Part shown: positions 1 to 12,919 of the stretch, one piece after another
Position numbering within the stretch: position 1 is the first letter of the stretch
Layout of the letters: each line of letters begins with the position of its first letter
Origin: an uncultured delta proteobacterium
Lineage (GTDB): Bacteria; Desulfobacterota; Desulfobacteria; Desulfobacterales; JAHEIW01
Direction: 5' to 3'
Assembly: GCA_963706575.1 (NCBI GenBank)
Contig: CAVPNL010000009.1
Location: forward strand, 64,001-128,000
Length of the DNA: 64,000 bases
Notes under the pieces: generated by a model
The model's input: only the letters and a program-made list of their open reading frames with translations
Databases searched by the model: none
Told to the model about the DNA's origin: nothing
Program-made: the position numbers and the translations under genes

Positions 1-2
1 AG

Positions 3-278
3 AGCGACTTTAAAGACCTGGGATATGATTATGATGTGGTTGAAATCATCACTGAGAGCCTTAATCAGGGATTTTCCAGAGGTGAACTGGCAAAACACGC
101 CCAAATCATCCCGCTGATCGAACAACAAATCAAGCAATATAAATCCACTTACGGGGATGAAAAATTCCAATCAGTGGAAGCTGTAGTGGCCGATGTACTT
201 AAACGCCATCAACTGGCCAAAGGAAAAATGAAAATTATCCATCCGCCCACCCCTCAAATTACCCTGACATACGAATAA
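3..278 (+). CDS. 5'-truncated CDS, possibly C-terminus of NAD+ synthetase
   Basis: Frame open from window edge (SDFKDLGYDYDVVEII...KRHQLAKGKMKIIHPPTPQIT); D-x-x-DLG-x-x-Y and terminal P-P-x-P resemble NadE C-termini; only a fragment is visible. Confidence 0.4.
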   Translation, partial: SDFKDLGYDYDVVEIITESLNQGFSRGELAKHAQIIPLIEQQIKQYKSTYGDEKFQSVEAVVADVLKRHQLAKGKMKIIHPPTPQITLTYE

Positions 279-298
279 AATTCCCCCACCAAAAAACA

Positions 299-325
299 AT
301 AACGAGGACCCGTCGTCCTCGTTAT
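299..325. terminator. Hairpin between convergent genes
   Basis: ATAACGAGGAC-ccgtc-GTCCTCGTTAT perfect 11-bp stem. Confidence 0.55.
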
Positions 326-353
326 CTAACGCGATATAGTCCGCCAAAAAACA

Positions 354-563
354 TCAAACGGGTTTTTCAATCACAAATCGGGGGGCAACTTGATCAAAAA
401 AATGATACCCGGACCCCCCGGCGGCCAGGACATCCAGTAATTCATCCGGTTTTTTAACCCGGACACCCCCCACCACACGAACGCCACGCGCAAACAGGGC
501 ATCGGGCAGCAGGCTGGCTGTCGGTCCAATTACCGCATTTGAGTGTTTCAAATTTATTGCCAT
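354..563 (-). pseudogene. C-terminal fragment of DUF364 (Rossmann-like) protein
   Basis: AVIGPTASLLPDALFARGVRVVGG...GGSGYHFF resembles the DUF364 C-terminus; N-terminal part absent, upstream is AT-rich non-coding. Confidence 0.55.
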
Positions 564-738
564 TAAGAAAATTAAAAAAAGCTAAAGTTTATTGAATAAT
601 GGCGGATAATAATTTTGGGGAAACTCCGGCCGAATTTGGGCAAGATCAACCCTGAAAGGCCATTGTTTACCCTCTGGGAAAACGATCGCTTTTTTTCTTT
701 TCATCCCGCTAATCTTTTTCAAGCCTGGGGGGGCTTTG

Positions 739-1104
739 ATGGGCAAATATTTTTACCGACTCACATTAATTTTGTTTCTGGTGGGTTTCACCGGTCTGAT
801 TGTTGGTTGCAATACGATCCCGGTGCCGAAAGAAAAAAGAGCATATGTTGGAACATGGGAAGGTGTCGGATTTCACTTAACCATCCATGAAGACGGCGGA
901 ATTGATTATAGACGCGTCAAGGGAAAATCTACAACCACCGTAACCGGTCCCCTGAAAAGTTTTATTGGAGATGATTTTGTGGTCGGTGTGCTGTTTGTCA
1001 CCACAACTTTTGAAGTCCAGCACCCGCCATACCTGGATGGTGACGACTGGTTCATGGTGATAGACGGGGTTGAATTGAAAAAGGTTGCCGGACCTGTCAC
1101 CTGA
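739..1104 (+). CDS. Hypothetical lipoprotein
   Basis: Signal peptide ending LIVG-C; G-rich SD upstream. Confidence 0.7.
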   Translation: MGKYFYRLTLILFLVGFTGLIVGCNTIPVPKEKRAYVGTWEGVGFHLTIHEDGGIDYRRVKGKSTTTVTGPLKSFIGDDFVVGVLFVTTTFEVQHPPYLDGDDWFMVIDGVELKKVAGPVT

Positions 1105-1190
1105 GCATTGATCGGATTGTCATCTGCGAATCAAACGCCCTTTATTGCAGCCACGGATATCTCAATTCCGTAATTCACAACATTATAATT

Positions 1191-1235
1191 AACGGGCAAA
1201 CTGGACAAGGCGGTAACGGGCCCAACGGGTTAAAC
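1191..1235. repeat. Solo periodic arm (AACGGG-type)
   Basis: aacgggcaaactggacaaggcggtaacgggcccaacgggttaaac; same motif family as 56423-56461. Confidence 0.5.
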
Positions 1236-1306
1236 TTTTCTTAATCAGCTTTCCCAGTACGCCCACAGTTGCTGCAATCGCCGCTTCGCCAGACTGCGAG
1301 TAGGAG

Positions 1307-2098
1307 TTAAGTTCTTAAACATCGCAGCTTGGCCAGGTCTTCCGCATAGCCGTATAGGTGCAGTCCTTTGCTTTCGACAATCATTTGACCGTCTTCGACG
1401 GCAATTTCTCCCGCCATGTATTCCTTTAGATTTTGAATGGCAGCCAGGTTGGCCGGAAACCCGTTCCACAAATCCCAGGACCTGAAATAAACAAAAAAAT
1501 TAAGGGTATTATCCTGGATGCGGGTATCAATCGACCGCAGGCAGGGCGGATCCAGCAAGGTGAGATCAGAAGGATGCGCGATTTGAAGTACCAATTGGTT
1601 GTTACGCTCGCCGAATTTTTTGTAAGTGTCAATCACCCACTCGATCTGGTTTAAATACAGCTGGCCGTCTTCTTCAAAAACAACCGTTCCGTCGACTTCA
1701 CGCTTATCGATAATTTCAGTATTGTCCGTTTGCCACCAATCGAGTTTATCGCCGGACAGCGGAACCTTTGTCAATCGTTCACCATACGTATACGATTCAC
1801 CGGGTTCCTTGCGTGCCGACATTAAGTATTCGATATAGGCGCGGTCATAGCCGGGCCCGCCGTAAATATAATCGTGTTCCACCGGATTGGGAATGCCGCA
1901 TGCCGGCGGAATGTCCGGAATCAGCGGATCGGTGCCGGGATGTTTTACATGACCCGTAAAATAATCATACTCCAATCGAGTTTGCCCCTCGTAGGATCCG
2001 CGATCAATAACAAAGCGCCGGCCGTGATCAAGGATATCATGAACCGCCTGAAACCATAAATCCGGTAAATCTCTTGCGTAAATGTTATGAATGTCCAT
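1307..2098 (-). CDS. thyA: Thymidylate synthase (archaeal-like ThyA)
   Basis: YTYGERL, PPC catalytic Cys, FRSWD...FPAN, LHLY motifs. Confidence 0.85.
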   Translation of the reverse strand: MDIHNIYARDLPDLWFQAVHDILDHGRRFVIDRGSYEGQTRLEYDYFTGHVKHPGTDPLIPDIPPACGIPNPVEHDYIYGGPGYDRAYIEYLMSARKEPGESYTYGERLTKVPLSGDKLDWWQTDNTEIIDKREVDGTVVFEEDGQLYLNQIEWVIDTYKKFGERNNQLVLQIAHPSDLTLLDPPCLRSIDTRIQDNTLNFFVYFRSWDLWNGFPANLAAIQNLKEYMAGEIAVEDGQMIVESKGLHLYGYAEDLAKLRCLRT

Positions 2099-2113
2099 TA
2101 TTAATTATTCCCC

Positions 2114-2207
2114 ACCACAGAGTGCACAGAGCCCACGGAGATATTTTTTTTATCAAAAAATTTAAACTCTTTGGATTTTTCTCTGTGATCTCTGGGGTCT
2201 CTGTGGT
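2114..2207. repeat. Palindromic element with 9-nt periodic arms (CACAGAG)
   Basis: accacagag-tgcacagag-cccacggag-a ... t-ctctgtgat-ctctggggt-ctctgtggt around an AT-rich spacer. Confidence 0.8.
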
Positions 2208-2216
2208 TAAAAAAAA

Positions 2217-5788
<3,572 letters not shown>

Positions 5789-5800
5789 ATCCTATTCCTT

Positions 5801-6075
5801 AATATTATATATAATAAAAAGATAATAATAAATAAGGGCTGTTCATAAAACCAATAACTCTGTAAAATTCTTAAATCATATATAAATAGTTAAAAAAAAA
5901 TGATCAAAAGATAACCGTTTCAATGGTGATAAGTGGGTAGATATCTACAGTAAAAATTAAATGTTGATAACATTGAATTTATAAACACTGTATTAATAAA
6001 GTGTTGTTGAAAAAGAATATCCGGCTTATCTTTAATTTAAATATTTTATTTTAAATAGTTATAAAAAATAACACC
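5801..6075. other. Probable chromosomal replication origin (oriC)
   Basis: Very AT-rich; DnaA-box-like 9-mers at 5840, 5924, 5941, 5962, 5979, 6005; minus strand box-GCCC-(TTA/ATT)n unwinding-type motif directly before dnaN. Confidence 0.65.
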
Positions 6076-6078
6076 CGT

Positions 6079-6609
6079 TTAGGATTTCGCATTGAGCCAT
6101 TTTTTTATCAAGTATATTTCATGGCTTTGCCAGCGGTTCGATGTTCTTAATTTAATAAAGGTTTTATATAATTTTTCTAAAAATTGCAAGATCTTATCAT
6201 AAAGAAAGATTTTTTCTAAAACGCTTGCTTCCACGTCATCCGGGTTCTCGGGTGGTGCGATTTTCGGTGTTTTTAAACTGCTCAGATTTAAACTTTCACC
6301 CTTTAAAGTGAACTGCCATTTTTGCTGGGAAGATCGGTAAACCAGATTGAGTTCCGCCACCAGGGCACCATTTTGTAAGGCCACCTTGGCTTCCTCAAGG
6401 CCGGCATCTTCACCTTTGATCGTAATTCGCTCAAACGCTTTTTTATGTTTTTTTTCAAGGACAACCCGGTTGCCGATTTCAAATGAAGTTAAATCCGGAT
6501 CTGCATTTCTCAAGATAGACGGGTCCTGTTCTATGACAAACCACAACCAGGTTAAAAACTCATCACCTAAAAATTTAAATCGGTTATAGGCTACCGCAAT
6601 ATCTAACAT
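6079..6609 (-). CDS. RdgC-associated / RdgC C-terminal-like protein
   Basis: FLGDEFLTWLW, EEAKVALQNG, FTLKGE motifs; 12 nt downstream of the rdgC-like gene. Confidence 0.6.
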   Translation of the reverse strand: MLDIAVAYNRFKFLGDEFLTWLWFVIEQDPSILRNADPDLTSFEIGNRVVLEKKHKKAFERITIKGEDAGLEEAKVALQNGALVAELNLVYRSSQQKWQFTLKGESLNLSSLKTPKIAPPENPDDVEASVLEKIFLYDKILQFLEKLYKTFIKLRTSNRWQSHEIYLIKKWLNAKS

Positions 6610-6621
6610 TTAATTCTTCGC

Positions 6622-7236
6622 TTATTCCGCAAAATTTGTCGGAGAAAGTTTAAGGAGGAGATCTTTTTCAGTATCCGTCAAACCTGAATCCAAATGGGCA
6701 GCGGTATAGGGAATCACCCGAATCAGACTTAAGTCGAACGATCTTAAAAACAATGTTTCCAATTCTTCATTTGGCCCCTTGAGGTTGGAAAAAAACCACA
6801 AAACCGAATCCTCATAATTCCAGATGATGTCATATACATTTGGGGTTGCCGGAACCTTTAGGTTTAACCGATCGATCACAAGATCTTTTATGGTCTGCTT
6901 TTCGTTGCGGGACAGATATTGTCTACCGCTGTCAGCCAGGCGCTGGGCTGATTCGATCATAAAATGTTTTTTGATCACTTTGGACGGTATGGTTTTTTTA
7001 TCAATTCGCAGGGCAAAAACCAGATAGGTCCCATAAGCATAAGTCGACCCGCCAAAATCAGGCTGGTACGGCTTTTCAAAAGATGTCCAGCCAACCGCTT
7101 TTTCTGAAGCGTGATCATCTATTTCAGAAATCACATTTTTTTTAAGCCCGGCGGCAACCGTTTCAAGAACCGGCCTTTTAAGCCGGCCCTTAACCGTATA
7201 GCGTGTGATTGAATTTGAGGCAGACAACAAACCCAT
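6622..7236 (-). CDS. rdgC: Recombination-associated protein RdgC-like (N-terminal type)
   Basis: GWT, LRIDKKTIPSKVIKK, LSRNEKQTIKD motifs of the RdgC family; only 204 aa. Confidence 0.7.
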   Translation of the reverse strand: MGLLSASNSITRYTVKGRLKRPVLETVAAGLKKNVISEIDDHASEKAVGWTSFEKPYQPDFGGSTYAYGTYLVFALRIDKKTIPSKVIKKHFMIESAQRLADSGRQYLSRNEKQTIKDLVIDRLNLKVPATPNVYDIIWNYEDSVLWFFSNLKGPNEELETLFLRSFDLSLIRVIPYTAAHLDSGLTDTEKDLLLKLSPTNFAE

Positions 7237-7286
7237 TGTTATGATGATTAACCTGTTTTGTATGAGAAATCCGTTTTGTTTAAAAC

Positions 7287-7300
7287 TACTATATATAGTA
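7287..7300. promoter_or_regulatory. Palindromic operator, NrdR-box-like
   Basis: Perfect palindrome TACTATATATAGTA containing core CwAtATaTwG in a divergent promoter region. Confidence 0.35.
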
Positions 7301-7406
7301 TATTATACAAATTAATATAAGTATATAGCGTGTTTATTAATATCTGACAAGCGAAATTTCCAAGAGACGATGTTGACTAAATTGACCTGTTTCGGTAGGT
7401 GTGTTG

Positions 7407-10400
7407 ATGATGAAATTTATCGCTGACCTGCATGTTCATTCGAAATATTCAAGAGCCACCGCCAGGAACCTGGACCTTGAAAACCTGTATATCGCCGCCC
7501 AGCTAAAAGGTGTTACCGTGGTGGGAACCGGCGATTTTACGTATCCGGCTTGGTCTGAAGAAATTTCGGAAAAACTGGTTGAGACCGAACCCGGGCTGTT
7601 TAAATTAAAAGCGGAATTGGCTCGGCAGTGCGACGCCCAGGTGCCGGAGTCCTGCCGAGGGCCGGTTCGCTTTATGCTGGTCACTGAAATCAGCAACATT
7701 TACAAGAAAAACGGTCGAACCCGCAAGAATCACAATCTCGTTTTTGCACCGGACATAGAAGTGGCGCGCCAATTCAGCAACCGGCTGGATAAAATCGGCA
7801 ATATTAAATCCGACGGCCGACCGATTCTGGGGTTGGATGCCCGCGACCTGCTCGAGACCTTGCTTGAAACCTCCCCAGATGCTTTTTTGATTCCGGCCCA
7901 CATCTGGACTCCCTGGTTTTCAGTCTTGGGCTCCAAATCCGGGTTTGACTCCATTGAAGAATGCTTTGAAGATCTAACAGCCCATATTTTTGCGGTCGAA
8001 ACCGGGCTCTCCTCGGACCCGGCCATGAATTGGCGGGTATCCTCACTGGACGGGTTTACCCTGGTGTCCAATTCGGATGCGCATTCCCCTCTTAATCTGG
8101 GACGTGAAGCCAATTTATTCGATACCGAGCTTTCCTATCCGGCCATAAAATCAGCTCTGCAAACCGGCGACCCCGATCAATTTCTGGGGACTTTCGAGTT
8201 TTATCCCGAAGAGGGAAAATATCATATCGACGGACATCGGGCCTGCGACATTTCTTTCTGGCCAGCAACCACCCTAAAACATGACGGAGTGTGCCCGGTA
8301 TGTGGCAAGCCACTGACACTGGGCGTTTTATATCGTGTTGAAGAATTAGCCGACCGTAAAAAAGGCCAAAAACCGTCCCGCAGCGCCCCTTACTTCAGTA
8401 TCATCCAGTTAAAGGATATCTTATCTGAAATATTTCGGGTGGGTCCCAATTCAAAAAGGGTCCAACAGGCCTATCAGGTTGTTTTGGATAGACTGGGTTC
8501 CGAATTCAACATTTTACAAAACCTGGATACCATTGCTATTGAACAGGCCGGCATTTCATTGCTTCCGGAAGCCGTTGAACGCATGCGCCGCCAGGAAATC
8601 AATGTTGTTCCCGGATATGACGGACAATACGGCCGGGTCCAAATTTTTAAAGACCATGAGCGTTCCAGGTTGATGGGGCAGCAATCACTTTTTAAGGTCT
8701 CCATATCGCAGCCCCCCGAACCTGAAAACGACATTGCCCGCGAAGTCGGTCACAGTTTGCCCCCAAAACCTCCCGATACCGGGAACGACAAATTAACTAA
8801 AAATAAAGCCAAAGAGTTGAAGGCCGGGCCGGATATCCTTTTCAACCAGCTAAATGACCGCCAGCACCGGGCAGTGGAACATCCCGATGGGCGCCTGTTG
8901 ATCGTTGCCGGACCCGGCACCGGTAAAACCCGCACACTGACGATGCGTATCGCCCATTTAATGATCCGAAAAGATGTCTCTCCCGACAATATTCTGGCAG
9001 TGACCTTTACCCGTAAAGCCGCCCGGGAAATGCAGCAACGGCTGCGCGCGATTTTAGGCGATGCCCGCAAACGCCCGCTGGTGGCTACGTTTCATTCTCT
9101 GTGCTTTAAAATATTAAACGATCTAAAAAAAGAGGGAATGCAAGCGATCGTTGACGAGGATGAACGCAAAATCTTGCTACGCGAGGCCATTAAACAGGCC
9201 AAGGACCACGGGATTGCGGTTTCTCAAAAACCACAAAAGCTGCTGGACCGGATCATTGCGGCCAAGCAGCAGATTTTGAGTCCGGATGACTTAACCCAAC
9301 CGGAAAATGTCACGGTTGATGCCCGCATGCTGGCCGAGGTGTATCATAGCTACCAGAATCTGTTATCCATTCAAGGATTAAACGATTATGAAGATTTGAT
9401 TTTTAAAGTCGTGCGACTGCTGGAAACCGATTCGATGGTCTGCAAAAGATACCGCAATCAATTTCAGCATATTTTTGTCGATGAATATCAGGATCTAAAC
9501 TACGGTCAGTATCGCATTATCAAGGCACTGGCGCCCCCCAACGCGTCAAATCGGAATCTATGCGTCATCGGCGATCCGGACCAGGCCATTTACGGTTTCA
9601 GGGGATCCGATGTGCGTTACTTTACCCGCTTTGTCGATGATTATCCCGATACCGCTGTTATTCAACTGACCCGCAATTATCGATCGACGGAAACCATTTT
9701 AGATGCGTCGTTTCAGGTGATCCAGGACCATCGGCTGCATGCCGCTGATGCCCGTACTTATTCTGAGAAAGCTGGTGTTAAAACCATCCGCATTCTCGAG
9801 CTTGCCAGCCCAAAGGCCGAGGCCCAAGCTATTGTCAGGATCATTGCGCAATTGGTGGGCGGCACCGGCTATCATTCCATCGATACCGGTCTGGTAGATG
9901 ATGCCAATCTGGCTTCCGCCCGCAGCTATGTGGATTTTGCCGTGCTGGTTCGGACCCATCAGCAGATAAAGAGGATTGGCGAGGTGTTCGATCAGGCCGG
10001 CGTACCCTTTCAGATTGCCAGCCGGCAAAATTCCCTGAAAAGCTGGGGGCTGCCGGAACTGATTTCCATCTTAAAAGTCGTGCAAAGCTGCGGCAGTGAC
10101 GTTGATTTGCACAACAGCCTGCAACTGTTTTCAGTCGGCATCAATAAAACGGCCGCCGAGCATTTTAAATCCTGGTGCTATTCCAAAAAGTTTTCACAGC
10201 AACAGGGTCTGATCAAAGCCAAACGTTTTCCAATTCCGGGCTTAAGCCGTGCCCAACAGCAAAAGCTCATTGATTTTGGCGAACAGTTGACGGGTATCGA
10301 AAACAGGATCGGCGATATGACGGTTGCCGAACAGCTACGGTATCTGTCACAGATTCCACAGCTCAGCGCCATTGTGAATAGCGAGCCCCGAGCCCGCGAG

Positions 10401-10850
10401 GCCTTTAACAGTCTGTTAACCCTGTCAGCGGATTACGGCGATAATATTGCTGAATTTTTAGCGAGTGCAGCTTTAGACACCGATACCGATGCCTATTTGC
10501 CCCAGGCGGAGAAGGTGTCTTTGATGACCATGCATGCGTCCAAGGGATTAGAATTTCCGGTAGTGTTTATCGCCGGCTGTGAAAAGGATTTGATGCCGTT
10601 AAACCGCCAAGGCGCCGAACCGGCCGATCCGGCCGAAGAGCGCCGCCTTTTTTATGTGGCCATGACCCGGGCCATGGAGCGGTTGTACCTGACCCGGGCC
10701 AAAAAGCGCAGCGTTTACGGCGAACTCCTGCCCCGATCCCTATCCCCCTTTGTAGCCGACATTGAAAACCGCCTAAAAAAAGATGATTCTCCAAAGCGCC
10801 AAAAGAAAAAAAAGAAGGAAGACAACCAAAAGCAGCTCAAGCTTTTTTGA
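7407..10850 (+). CDS. Endonuclease Q (PHP + Zn finger) fused to UvrD/PcrA-type SF1 helicase
   Basis: N-term DLHVHS, GTGD, PAHIWTPW, ETGLSSD, NSDAHS, GKYH, CPVC; C-term AGPGTGKT, DEYQD, GDPDQAIY, NYRS, HASKGLEF, EERRLFYVAMTRA. Confidence 0.9.
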   Translation: MMKFIADLHVHSKYSRATARNLDLENLYIAAQLKGVTVVGTGDFTYPAWSEEISEKLVETEPGLFKLKAELARQCDAQVPESCRGPVRFMLVTEISNIYKKNGRTRKNHNLVFAPDIEVARQFSNRLDKIGNIKSDGRPILGLDARDLLETLLETSPDAFLIPAHIWTPWFSVLGSKSGFDSIEECFEDLTAHIFAVETGLSSDPAMNWRVSSLDGFTLVSNSDAHSPLNLGREANLFDTELSYPAIKSALQTGDPDQFLGTFEFYPEEGKYHIDGHRACDISFWPATTLKHDGVCPVCGKPLTLGVLYRVEELADRKKGQKPSRSAPYFSIIQLKDILSEIFRVGPNSKRVQQAYQVVLDRLGSEFNILQNLDTIAIEQAGISLLPEAVERMRRQEINVVPGYDGQYGRVQIFKDHERSRLMGQQSLFKVSISQPPEPENDIAREVGHSLPPKPPDTGNDKLTKNKAKELKAGPDILFNQLNDRQHRAVEHPDGRLLIVAGPGTGKTRTLTMRIAHLMIRKDVSPDNILAVTFTRKAAREMQQRLRAILGDARKRPLVATFHSLCFKILNDLKKEGMQAIVDEDERKILLREAIKQAKDHGIAVSQKPQKLLDRIIAAKQQILSPDDLTQPENVTVDARMLAEVYHSYQNLLSIQGLNDYEDLIFKVVRLLETDSMVCKRYRNQFQHIFVDEYQDLNYGQYRIIKALAPPNASNRNLCVIGDPDQAIYGFRGSDVRYFTRFVDDYPDTAVIQLTRNYRSTETILDASFQVIQDHRLHAADARTYSEKAGVKTIRILELASPKAEAQAIVRIIAQLVGGTGYHSIDTGLVDDANLASARSYVDFAVLVRTHQQIKRIGEVFDQAGVPFQIASRQNSLKSWGLPELISILKVVQSCGSDVDLHNSLQLFSVGINKTAAEHFKSWCYSKKFSQQQGLIKAKRFPIPGLSRAQQQKLIDFGEQLTGIENRIGDMTVAEQLRYLSQIPQLSAIVNSEPRAREAFNSLLTLSADYGDNIAEFLASAALDTDTDAYLPQAEKVSLMTMHASKGLEFPVVFIAGCEKDLMPLNRQGAEPADPAEERRLFYVAMTRAMERLYLTRAKKRSVYGELLPRSLSPFVADIENRLKKDDSPKRQKKKKKEDNQKQLKLF

Positions 10851-11173
10851 TATGCATGGCGCATAGCGTCAGTAGAAATTTATTAAAAAAGATTTTCATT
10901 AAAGATCTTGTTTCATTTTGTCGATATTTACTATTAGAATAATAATCGGCCGGCTTAGATGTACTCCCCCTTGGGCCAGGCAGTTTTGGTACACACAAGA
11001 TATGGTGGGGGGGTAACTGAACATACTATAATCATTATATATTATTATAATTTTCTTGAGTTTCGACCCGAAGTATTGTAAAATTTAAGATATCCGGTGT
11101 CGGGCGAACAATCCAAGGGGGCCCTTGCTTTTGGGGGGCGGCGCAATAGGATTTGAATGGGTTTCGAGGTATA

Positions 11174-11773
11174 ATGAACGGACGCGGAATTAAATTTTTT
11201 CAAATCGTTCTTTTCGGCATACTTTTCACTTTGATTGCAGCTGTTTCGTCGGTGAATGCAGATATTTTTATGTATATCGATGAAAACGGAGTGATGCATT
11301 TTACCAACGCACCGACATCCAATGAATACGATTACAAGGTCTATATCAAAGAAAAAACCGCCGTTTCCAGAAACTTTCACTCCACCAACAAGTACGACCA
11401 CTTCATTTCGAACGCCGCCGAGCAAACCGGTGTCGACTCTCGCCTCTTGAAAGCCATGATTAAAGCCGAATCAGACTTTGACCCGCGGGCCGTTTCCCGC
11501 AAAGGCGCCATGGGCCTGATGCAAATCATGCCGGAAAACTTCAAAATGCTGAATTTAGAAAATCCCTTTGATCCCTGGCAAAACATCAGAGCCGGCGCGC
11601 AATACTTTCAAAAAATGTATGAACGCTTTAACGGCAAGCTGGCACTGTCCCTGGCGGCTTACAACGCCGGACCCACTGCAGTCGACCGTTACAAAAGAAT
11701 TCCGCCTTACCAGGAAACCGAAGAATATGTGCGCCGGGTTCTGAGGTATTATCGAACCTTCAAACAACTCTAG
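11174..11773 (+). CDS. Lytic transglycosylase (SLT domain) with DUF4124-like N-domain
   Basis: Signal peptide; AESDF, AVSRKGAMGLMQIMP, LAAYNAG, ETEEYV; GAGGT SD. Confidence 0.92.
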   Translation: MNGRGIKFFQIVLFGILFTLIAAVSSVNADIFMYIDENGVMHFTNAPTSNEYDYKVYIKEKTAVSRNFHSTNKYDHFISNAAEQTGVDSRLLKAMIKAESDFDPRAVSRKGAMGLMQIMPENFKMLNLENPFDPWQNIRAGAQYFQKMYERFNGKLALSLAAYNAGPTAVDRYKRIPPYQETEEYVRRVLRYYRTFKQL

Positions 11774-11790
11774 AACCCATCTCAAAAATA
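11771..11790. mobile_element. Solo MITE terminal repeat
   Basis: TAGAACCCATCTCAAAAATA identical to the left end of the element at 17961; its TAG is the SLT stop codon. Confidence 0.7.
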
Positions 11791-11795
11791 CCAAC

Positions 11796-12917
11796 TTAAT
11801 TTTTAATCTTCTTTTGCAACAGCAGTTCGATGAGGGTCCGGCCAACTTGGGCATTGTCCTGAATACCGCTGAAGCGAGTACTTCCTACACCATAGGCAAA
11901 TAGCGGCACCATCGAGGCGGTATGTCCGGTGGTGGTAAAAGCGGTTGCGTCGACCCGCATGTTTTGAACTGATCCGTCGTGCACGGCCAGGCCGCCGGTT
12001 TCATGATCGGCAGTTACCACAATCAGCGTGCGGCCGCTTTTCTGAGCAAATTCGAGCCCTGCGCCTACAGCGTCATCAAAATCGATCAATTCAGCAATGA
12101 GGTATTGCGGATCATGATCATGGGCGGCCGTGTCGATCTGGGAGCCTTCCACCACAAGTACAAATCCATCGCGGTTTTTTGAAAGGATACGAATGGCAAT
12201 CTGGGTCAGCCGGGACAGGGAATAATCACGATCGACGGCTTTTGGCAGGCTACCGGGTGCTAGCAGTGCGGCCAGTTTTTGGGTGTCGATGTGTTTGGAT
12301 AACGTATCATAGGTGAGTATCACCGGCATGCGGGTTTCAAGCGTGGACAGCAGGTTTTTTTGATCTTTGCGCTTGCTTCCGTAGTTATTGGCGGGCACAA
12401 AATACGCCCAGCCCCCGCCGAAGAGAACATCAATGTCGCTGTTTACGATTTGTTCGGCGATATCGGTCTGCTGGCGGCGGTCGTCAGCGTGGGCCAGAAA
12501 TGCGGCCGGTGTGGCATGGGTAACCGATTTGGTTGCCACCACCCCGATTGATTTGCCCTGCTCCTTTGCATATTCAAAAAGCGTTTTTAATGGTTCCTTC
12601 TCCACTGAAACAGAGATGGCGCGGTTGTTGGTTTTATAACCGGTTGCCAGCGCAGTGGCCGCAGCGGCTGATTCGGTTATCAGCCGGTTGGCGGAATGCG
12701 TGGTCACCAGGCCCACGGTAGAAAATCGTTCCAGGTTAATGTTGCCACGGGCGATTTTTCCGGCGGTGATGTGTGACACACCCATGCCGTCGCCGATAAA
12801 CAAAATAATGTTTTCAGGGTAATCGTTGTCTGCGGCACAGCCCAACAGCAGAAACACGCAAAACAGGCTCATGTGCAAAAGACGGCGTGGCTTTTTTAAG
12901 TTCAACGGGGATGTCAA
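11796..12917 (-). CDS. Alkaline phosphatase (lipoprotein)
   Basis: LLLG-C lipobox; IGDGMG, TESAAAATA, HATPAAF, EGSQIDTAAH, TADHETGG. Confidence 0.9.
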   Translation of the reverse strand: MTSPLNLKKPRRLLHMSLFCVFLLLGCAADNDYPENIILFIGDGMGVSHITAGKIARGNINLERFSTVGLVTTHSANRLITESAAAATALATGYKTNNRAISVSVEKEPLKTLFEYAKEQGKSIGVVATKSVTHATPAAFLAHADDRRQQTDIAEQIVNSDIDVLFGGGWAYFVPANNYGSKRKDQKNLLSTLETRMPVILTYDTLSKHIDTQKLAALLAPGSLPKAVDRDYSLSRLTQIAIRILSKNRDGFVLVVEGSQIDTAAHDHDPQYLIAELIDFDDAVGAGLEFAQKSGRTLIVVTADHETGGLAVHDGSVQNMRVDATAFTTTGHTASMVPLFAYGVGSTRFSGIQDNAQVGRTLIELLLQKKIKN

Positions 12918-12919
12918 TT

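Noticed and set aside
1307..2098. ThyA-like gene as a phage-type dCMP hydroxymethylase or DNA-modification gene
   Set aside because: Keeps the dUMP-specifying Asn (FPAN) and lies in housekeeping context after gyrB with no modification genes nearby
11090..11152. GC-rich leader before the SLT gene as a riboswitch
   Set aside because: No conserved motif of a riboswitch class I can recognise; an Infernal/Rfam scan would be needed
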